Assembly (NCBI GenBank): GCA_042216015.1
Contig: JBDGUI010000027.1
Coordinates: forward strand, 1-22,079
Origin: Halodesulfurarchaeum sp.
Lineage (GTDB): Archaea; Halobacteriota; Halobacteria; Halobacteriales; Halobacteriaceae
Length of the DNA: 22,079 nt
Reading direction: 5' to 3'
Shown here: positions 16,753 through 22,079 of the stretch, one piece after another
How positions within the stretch are numbered: position 1 is the first letter of the stretch
Layout: each line of letters opens with the position of its first letter
Made by a program: the position numbers and the translations under genes
The notes under the pieces: generated by a model
Told to the model about the DNA's origin: nothing
What the model saw: the letters and a program-made list of their open reading frames with translations, nothing else
The model's database searches: none

Positions 16753-17766
16753 ATGATCGACCTGCGAAGTGATACCGTCACCCGTCCGACCGACGAGATG
16801 CGCGAGGCGGCCGCCGGCGCCGAGGTCGGCGACGACGTCCACGGCGACGATCCCACCGTCACGGACCTTCAGGAACGCGCCGCAGCGGTCGTCGGCACCG
16901 AGTCAGCCCTGTTCGTTCCCTCTGGAACGATGGGAAACCAGATCGCCGCCCACGTCCATACCGAGCCGGGCCAGGAGGTCATCACCGACCGCGAGAGCCA
17001 CGTCGTTCGCTACGAACGGGCCGGGTTCGCCCAGCACTCGGGCCTCCAGCTCCGCACCATCGACGCCGATCGTGGTCTCCCCACCCCCGAGCAGGTCCGG
17101 GACGCCTTCCTCGAGGGGAACTTGCATCGCCCGCCGACTGGGTTGCTCTCGCTCGAAAACACGCACAACGCCCGGGGCGGGCTCGCCCTCGACCCCGATC
17201 GGTTCGCCGAAACCGCGGCCGCGGCCCACGACCTCGGCGTCTCGGTCCACCTCGACGGCGCCCGCGTGTTCAATGCGGCCGTCGCCCACGACGAGAGCGT
17301 GACCGCCTACACCGACCACGTCGATTCGGTCATGTTCTGTCTCTCGAAGGGGCTCGGGGCGCCCATCGGCTCGATCCTGGCTGGGTCGGCCGAGTTTATC
17401 GAGGAAGCTCTGGGAATCAGAAAGCTGTTCGGGGGCGGCATGCGCCAGGCCGGCATGGTTGCGGCGCCGGGGATCGTGGCCCTCGAGGACCGCTCGCATC
17501 TCGAATTCGATCACGGGAACGCCGCCCGGCTCGCCGAGGGACTCGCCGAGATCGACGGCCTCTCGATCACGGAACCCGAGACCAACATCGTCCTCGCGGA
17601 CACCGGGGGTCTCGGGCTCTCGGCCACCTCTTTCCTCGAACGCATCGCCGCCCACGGGGTGCAGGCCTCGGAGTTCGGGCCCCAGACCGCGCGCTTCGTG
17701 ACCCACCGGGACGTCTCCGCAAGCGACATCGAAACCGCGATCGAGGGGGTCCGCGACGCGGTTTAA
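16753..17766 (+). CDS. ltaE: Low-specificity L-threonine aldolase (PLP-dependent)
   Basis: [10 protein letters not shown] start, [46 protein letters not shown] motifs. Confidence 0.92.
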   Translation: MIDLRSDTVTRPTDEMREAAAGAEVGDDVHGDDPTVTDLQERAAAVVGTESALFVPSGTMGNQIAAHVHTEPGQEVITDRESHVVRYERAGFAQHSGLQLRTIDADRGLPTPEQVRDAFLEGNLHRPPTGLLSLENTHNARGGLALDPDRFAETAAAAHDLGVSVHLDGARVFNAAVAHDESVTAYTDHVDSVMFCLSKGLGAPIGSILAGSAEFIEEALGIRKLFGGGMRQAGMVAAPGIVALEDRSHLEFDHGNAARLAEGLAEIDGLSITEPETNIVLADTGGLGLSATSFLERIAAHGVQASEFGPQTARFVTHRDVSASDIETAIEGVRDAV

Positions 17767-17897
17767 TCCCGGTCGCGGCCCCGCTCGACGCCCTCCTGGA
17801 AGCCCAATACCGTCCGGCGGATCATCAGATAGACGAAGAAGAAAAAGAGCAGCAGTGCCCCGAGGATGACGTAAAACACCGGGCCTGTCTCGATCAT
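17763..17897 (-). CDS. Small single-pass membrane protein (44 aa)
   Basis: Hand-translated: [44 protein letters not shown]; one TM helix followed by RR; stop overlaps ltaE stop (TTAA). Confidence 0.75.
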   Translation of the reverse strand: MIETGPVFYVILGALLLFFFFVYLMIRRTVLGFQEGVERGRDRD

Positions 17898-18054
17898 ACC
17901 GGAAGGTCGGTCGGCGGGGTCAAAGCCGTTTCGTCACCCCATTTCGGTTCGCATCCGGCAGTTCGAGCCGTCCCGAGATGACCCGATCCGTGGCCTGCTC
18001 GCCGGCGAAGCCGGCCGAACGCCCACCATCGATTTGCCACTCAAACGCCCGTTT

Positions 18055-18076
18055 GAGCCTTCGGAGGCTCTTTTTT
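18055..18076 (+). terminator. Hairpin plus T6 tract (terminator-like)
   Basis: GAGCCT-TCGG-AGGCTC followed by TTTTTT. Confidence 0.45.
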
Positions 18077-18178
18077 GTCTGGGCATCTGGAGGGATACAG
18101 GGCGGAACCCGCAATTCATTCCCCCCATTGCCCGGTTCCGCCCCGCTCCCGCCCAATCCCCCCACATCGTGCTGCGGA

Positions 18179-18694
18179 TCAGTTTCGGCCCTTTACCCGG
18201 AATCGCCGTTTCTCCCTTCCCGAGACCGTCCGGATGGCTCCCTCGATTGCGCCCTCAGTGGCCGTGAGTTCCGCGAAGGTCGGCTCTCCACCCCGGGGAT
18301 CGGCATGGCTCCCCGGGTTGAGAAGGGTCGGACCCGTACCCGAGACGACGTGAGGCCGGTGGGTGTGACCGGAGATGACCAGATCGGCGTCCCGCTCGTC
18401 ACCGAAGTAGGCGAGTCCGGTCTGCCCGCCTGCCCGCGTGTGCGTGAGTGCAACCGTGAACCCGCGCAGGTCGAGCGTGCGGGCTTCGGGAAGTCGAGCG
18501 GTCACCCCCGGGGAGTCGCGGTTGCCGGCGACCGCGAGGAGCGAGTCGGCCGTCGCCTGGAACCCGTCGAGGACGGCTTCGGTGGTGAAATCGCCGGCGT
18601 GGATCACCCGGTGGGCCCGGGAGACGGCCTCTGCGAGTTGGCCGTCGAGTCCGGGACGGTCCGTGCGATGGGTGTCCGAGAGGACCACGAGCAT
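18179..18694 (-). CDS. Metallophosphoesterase (YfcE/MJ0936-like)
   Basis: MLVVLSDTH, IHAGDF, AVAGNRD, LTH, SGHTHRP, LNPGSH motifs; start ATG 18694. Confidence 0.92.
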   Translation of the reverse strand: MLVVLSDTHRTDRPGLDGQLAEAVSRAHRVIHAGDFTTEAVLDGFQATADSLLAVAGNRDSPGVTARLPEARTLDLRGFTVALTHTRAGGQTGLAYFGDERDADLVISGHTHRPHVVSGTGPTLLNPGSHADPRGGEPTFAELTATEGAIEGAIRTVSGREKRRFRVKGRN

Positions 18695-18804
18695 GGTCGA
18701 GTCTCGACGTGCAGCCACCTCAGGCTTTGGACCCAGACCGCCCGGACGGGAGGCGCCGCGGGTGGGGTGAACCGGCCCGGATGCCATCGGCGTGAGGAAA
18801 GAAG

Positions 18805-18910
18805 GAACCGGCCGGGGTGCCGCCGTCGTGGCGGAACGAAAGAACCGATCGGGGTGCCGCCGTCGTGGCGGAACGAAAGAACCGATCGGGGTGCCGCCGT
18901 CGTGGAGGAA
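18805..18910. repeat. 37-bp tandem repeat, about 2.9 copies
   Basis: Unit GAACCGATCGGGGTGCCGCCGTCGTGGCGGAACGAAA starting at 18805, 18842, 18879 with no spacers. Confidence 0.92.
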
Positions 18911-18945
18911 GAGGTTTATGCCGGCGTGGGCAGTGATCCACACAC

Positions 18946-21117
18946 GTGGCAGCCGAGTACGACCAGTTCTTCCCGAAACACGCCCCCTACGAGCACCAGG
19001 CCGAGGCGATGGACGCCATCCGGGACGCCCTCGAGGTCGGCCGTGACGTCGCCTTCGAGGGAGCCCCCGGGACCGGGAAGACCCTCGCGGCCCTCGCCCC
19101 CGCGCTTGCCCACGCCCGCGAGCACGACAAGACCGTCGTCATCACGACCAACGTCCACCAGCAGATGCGCCAGTTCGTCGCCGAGGCCCGCGAGATCCAC
19201 GCAGAGACCCCCATCCGGGCGGCGGTGTTCAAGGGCAAGGCCTCGATGTGTCACGTGGACGTCGGCTACGAGGAGTGCCAGGTACTCCGGGATACGACCC
19301 GCGAGGTCGTCGAGCTCGAGGAGGAACTCGCCGAGTTGCGGGACAGAGAGCGCTGGCTGCTCGAGGAGGCCCAGGGCGGATCGGAGGACGCAGCCGAGAA
19401 GCGCCAGGCGGTCCTCGAGGAGATCGAGGCCGTCGAGGAAGCGATCGACGAACTCGCGGATTCTCACACCTGCGAACACTACCGGGAGAACCTGACCCAG
19501 CCGGGGGAGGACTTCGTCTCCTGGCTCTTCGACGGGGTCCGAACGCCCGAGGAGGTCTACAGCTACGCCGAGAGCCGGGGGTCCTGTGGCTACGAACGGC
19601 TCAAGGAAGGGCTGAACGGCGTCGAACTGGTGGTCGCCAACTACCATCACCTCCTCGACCCCGCCATTCGAACCCAGTTCTTCCGGTGGCTCGACCGCGA
19701 CCCGGAGAACGTCATCGCAGTCTTCGATGAGGCCCACAACGTCGAGGACGCTGCCCGGGACCACGCGACCCACACGCTCACCGAGAACACGCTCGAGGAG
19801 GCCGAAAACGAGGCGATGGACGTCGAAGATTCGCGGGCGGAGGGGGCCCTCCGCATCTTCGAACCGTTCCGGGAGGGGCTGATCGAGACCTACGAGTCGA
19901 GTTTCGAGTTCGGGGATCGCGAGGCCGTCGGCTCGAACTGGCAGGACGTCCCGGTGACGAACGAGACCGGGCGGGACGACCTCACCCGGTCGTTCCTCGA
20001 CCGGTACACCGGCCCCGGCATCGAGTCGGACCTCGAGGCCGCGATCAAACTCGGGGTCGTCCTCGACGAGGAGTACGAGACCGCCTACCGCGAGGGCGAC
20101 GCCGAGACCCGCCGGGAGTCCCAGACCCTCCTCGCCGCGGACTTCATCGACCGCTACCTCGAGGAGGGCGAGACGACCGGCCGCTATCCCACACTGGGCG
20201 TGCGCCGGGACGAGTCGACCGATGAGGTCTACGGTCGGGCCGAGCTGTTCAACTGCATCCCCCGCGAGGTCACAGAGACCCTCTTCGAGGAGGTGCACTC
20301 GACGGTCCTCATGAGCGCCACGCTTCGACCCTTCGACGTGCTCGCGGAGGTGCTGGGGATGACCGATCCCGAGGAGTTGGCCTTCGGGCTCACCTTCCCG
20401 GAGGAAAATCGCCGGACGTTCGCCGTCGACGTCCCACCCCTTTTCGCCAGCAGGCGGAACGATCCGGGCATTCAGGAGGTCGTCTCGGACACCCTTCGTG
20501 ACGCGATCGAGTTCACCCCGGGCAACACGCTGGTCTTCTTCCCGAGTTACTCGGAGGCCGAGCGATACCACGACCGCCTCGACGGGGCCGTCGACGCGAC
20601 GACGTACCTCGACGAGCCCGGCGTTCCCGTCGAGGAGGACCGCCAGCACTTCGTCTCGCGATCGGATGGGGCCATGTTCACTTCGCTCTGGGGCACGCTC
20701 GCCGAGGGGGTGAGCTTCGACGGCGACGACGCCCGCTCGGTCGCGGTCGTGGGCGTGCCGTATCCGCGCCTCGACGAGCGAAAAGAGGCCATCCAGGCGG
20801 CCTACGACGAGGTCTTCGACCAGCGCGAGGAGAACGCCGGCTGGCGCTACGCCGTCGAAATTCCGACGGTCCGCAAGACCCGGCAGGCCATCGGCCGGGT
20901 GGTCCGCTCCCCGGAGGACATCGGGGTCCGGGCCCTGATCGACCGGCGCTACACCGCCGCTTCGCGCACCGAGATGCCCGACTACACGGTCAACACGGAC
21001 TTCCCCCCGGAGGAGCGCCGGGAGCTGGTCGACATCCAGCCGGGCAAACTGAAGTACGCGATGTTGAATTTCTTTCGGGATCGGACGGCCTACGGGGGGG
21101 AGCCGCCCGAGCCCTGA
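18946..21117 (+). CDS. XPD/Rad3/DinG-family ATP-dependent DNA helicase
   Basis: Q motif YEHQ, EGAPGTGKT, four Cys of Fe-S domain (MC, EC, TC, SCGYE), FDEAHN, MSATL, FFPSY, EGVSF, QAIGRVVRS; TTTATG about 25 nt upstream. Confidence 0.95.
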   Translation: MAAEYDQFFPKHAPYEHQAEAMDAIRDALEVGRDVAFEGAPGTGKTLAALAPALAHAREHDKTVVITTNVHQQMRQFVAEAREIHAETPIRAAVFKGKASMCHVDVGYEECQVLRDTTREVVELEEELAELRDRERWLLEEAQGGSEDAAEKRQAVLEEIEAVEEAIDELADSHTCEHYRENLTQPGEDFVSWLFDGVRTPEEVYSYAESRGSCGYERLKEGLNGVELVVANYHHLLDPAIRTQFFRWLDRDPENVIAVFDEAHNVEDAARDHATHTLTENTLEEAENEAMDVEDSRAEGALRIFEPFREGLIETYESSFEFGDREAVGSNWQDVPVTNETGRDDLTRSFLDRYTGPGIESDLEAAIKLGVVLDEEYETAYREGDAETRRESQTLLAADFIDRYLEEGETTGRYPTLGVRRDESTDEVYGRAELFNCIPREVTETLFEEVHSTVLMSATLRPFDVLAEVLGMTDPEELAFGLTFPEENRRTFAVDVPPLFASRRNDPGIQEVVSDTLRDAIEFTPGNTLVFFPSYSEAERYHDRLDGAVDATTYLDEPGVPVEEDRQHFVSRSDGAMFTSLWGTLAEGVSFDGDDARSVAVVGVPYPRLDERKEAIQAAYDEVFDQREENAGWRYAVEIPTVRKTRQAIGRVVRSPEDIGVRALIDRRYTAASRTEMPDYTVNTDFPPEERRELVDIQPGKLKYAMLNFFRDRTAYGGEPPEP

Positions 21118-21142
21118 GACCGGACCGGCCGCCGGGACGGTC

Positions 21143-21224
21143 TCAGGCCGGGATCGGGATCGCCTCGGGCAAAAGCGGAATCCCCCACCGGAGAGTCCCG
21201 TTAGGCCGGAAGCGGAATCGCTTC
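21143..21224 (-). repeat. Diverged direct repeat of the last 8 codons of the 2H gene
   Basis: 21143-21166 encodes EAIPIPA-stop; 21201-21224 encodes EAIPLPA-stop; 19 of 24 nt identical. Confidence 0.7.
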
Positions 21225-21722
21225 GATCCGCTCGGCGTGAGCGCTGTCGTAGAACTCCAGGGTCTCGACGGTGAACGTGACGGGCTCTGTGTCCCGGGCG
21301 AGCAGCTGGTCGGCGGCGGACCGGGGCCCACCGCGAGCCAAGGTAACGTGTGGCACGTAATCCGGCCCTTCGAGGGTATCAACTGCCCCAGACGTCTCGA
21401 CCAGCCGGTCGTGAATCGCCCGCAACCCCTGCCCCTCGACAGCAAGATAACCGACCGGTGCGGGTCCTCGGGGCGGATCGTGGAACACCCCCGTTCCCGT
21501 GACCCGAACCTCGAAGGGGGCCGTCCCGGCCAGGGCCTCCCGGGCCCGCCGAGCGGCCTCGAGGTACTCCCGCCGGTCGTTCGCCGGGAGGCGCTTGAGG
21601 ACCAGCGTCCGGGTGCGGGCAGGGCGGATCCGATCGAAATCGGAGAGTGCGGGCCGAAGCTGGCTCGCCAGTTCCCTGATTTCGGCCGGGATCGGGACGT
21701 TCAGACTGTACACACCGCTCAT
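21201..21722 (-). CDS. 2'-5' RNA ligase / 2H phosphoesterase family protein
   Basis: VYSLNVPIP start, APFEVRVTG, YLAVE, YVPHVTLARG; first HxT position reads RTLVLKRL. Confidence 0.85.
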   Translation of the reverse strand: MSGVYSLNVPIPAEIRELASQLRPALSDFDRIRPARTRTLVLKRLPANDRREYLEAARRAREALAGTAPFEVRVTGTGVFHDPPRGPAPVGYLAVEGQGLRAIHDRLVETSGAVDTLEGPDYVPHVTLARGGPRSAADQLLARDTEPVTFTVETLEFYDSAHAERIEAIPLPA

Positions 21723-21776
21723 TGGCGAGCGGATGGGAAAAACGGTCCGGGACGGCTGGGGCGAGCAGAGGGCACG

Positions 21777-21968
21777 TTACAGCAGGTCACCCAACAGCCG
21801 GAGCGCGAGAAGCACCAGCACCACGAGGACCATGAGCCCTGCGAGCAGCCAGATGAGCCGGCCGACGATGCGGAGGATCGAGCCGAAGATCACGAAGGCG
21901 ATCACCGCCGCCGCGACCGCGAGGAGAACCTTCACCACCGTCGACGTTTCGATGCCGTTCCCGGCCAT
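21777..21968 (-). CDS. Small hydrophobic membrane protein (63 aa)
   Basis: MAGNGIETSTVVKVLLAVAAAVIAFVIFGSILRIVGRLIWLLAGLMVLVVLVLLALRLLGDLL; TTTATG on minus strand about 23-25 nt upstream. Confidence 0.75.
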   Translation of the reverse strand: MAGNGIETSTVVKVLLAVAAAVIAFVIFGSILRIVGRLIWLLAGLMVLVVLVLLALRLLGDLL

Positions 21969-22024
21969 GGACCCACTTGGAGGAGCGACCACATAAACTC
22001 CCGGACGGCCGAGGTTTCAGAACA

Positions 22025-22079
22025 GCCCCCGAACAGATGGAATGTCAGGGCGGCCCCCGAACAGATGGAATGTCAGGGC
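22025..22079. repeat. 28-bp tandem repeat, at least 2 copies, cut by window edge
   Basis: GCCCCCGAACAGATGGAATGTCAGGGCG at 22025 repeated identically from 22053 to the end. Confidence 0.88.

Noticed and set aside
18805..18910. Possible CRISPR array (37-bp repeats)
   Set aside because: Units are contiguous with no unique spacers, there is no AT-rich leader and no cas genes are in the window
7580..21722. Dispersed RNA-repair system (two 2H proteins, metallophosphoesterase, P-loop kinase, tRNA intron)
   Set aside because: The genes are scattered over 14 kb in different transcription units with no ligase nearby; the sequence gives no evidence of linkage
22025..22079. Possible start of a CRISPR array
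   Set aside because: The two copies are directly adjacent without a spacer

Overview
High-GC haloarchaeal (class Halobacteria) chromosomal DNA, judged from strongly acidic proteins, archaeal rpl39e/rpl31e/aIF6/prefoldin/SRP54 genes and mostly leaderless starts about 25 nt after TATA-like boxes. The left end carries a tight sulfur-handling operon (DsrE-like, TusA, SQR-like flavoprotein, DUF1641-like protein with a 74-aa internal duplication) that converges on sufS-sufU. It is followed by an AlkP/sulfatase-like gene and a flippase-like membrane gene. The middle is core housekeeping: DUF424, TPR, thpR, rpl39e, rpl31e, aIF6, pfdA (the usual LX gene is absent), ftsY, srp54, a split MgtE pair, a fused P-loop kinase/DUF54 gene and an intron-containing tRNA-Arg(UCU). 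The right part has a 49-aa CPxCG zinc-finger microprotein and a 44-aa membrane microprotein (both missed by the ORF track), OsmC, threonine aldolase, a metallophosphoesterase, an XPD/Rad3 helicase, a degenerate 2H phosphoesterase with a duplicated 3' end, and two short tandem repeats. No transposase, integrase or CRISPR array was seen. Family assignments come from motif recognition, not database searches.
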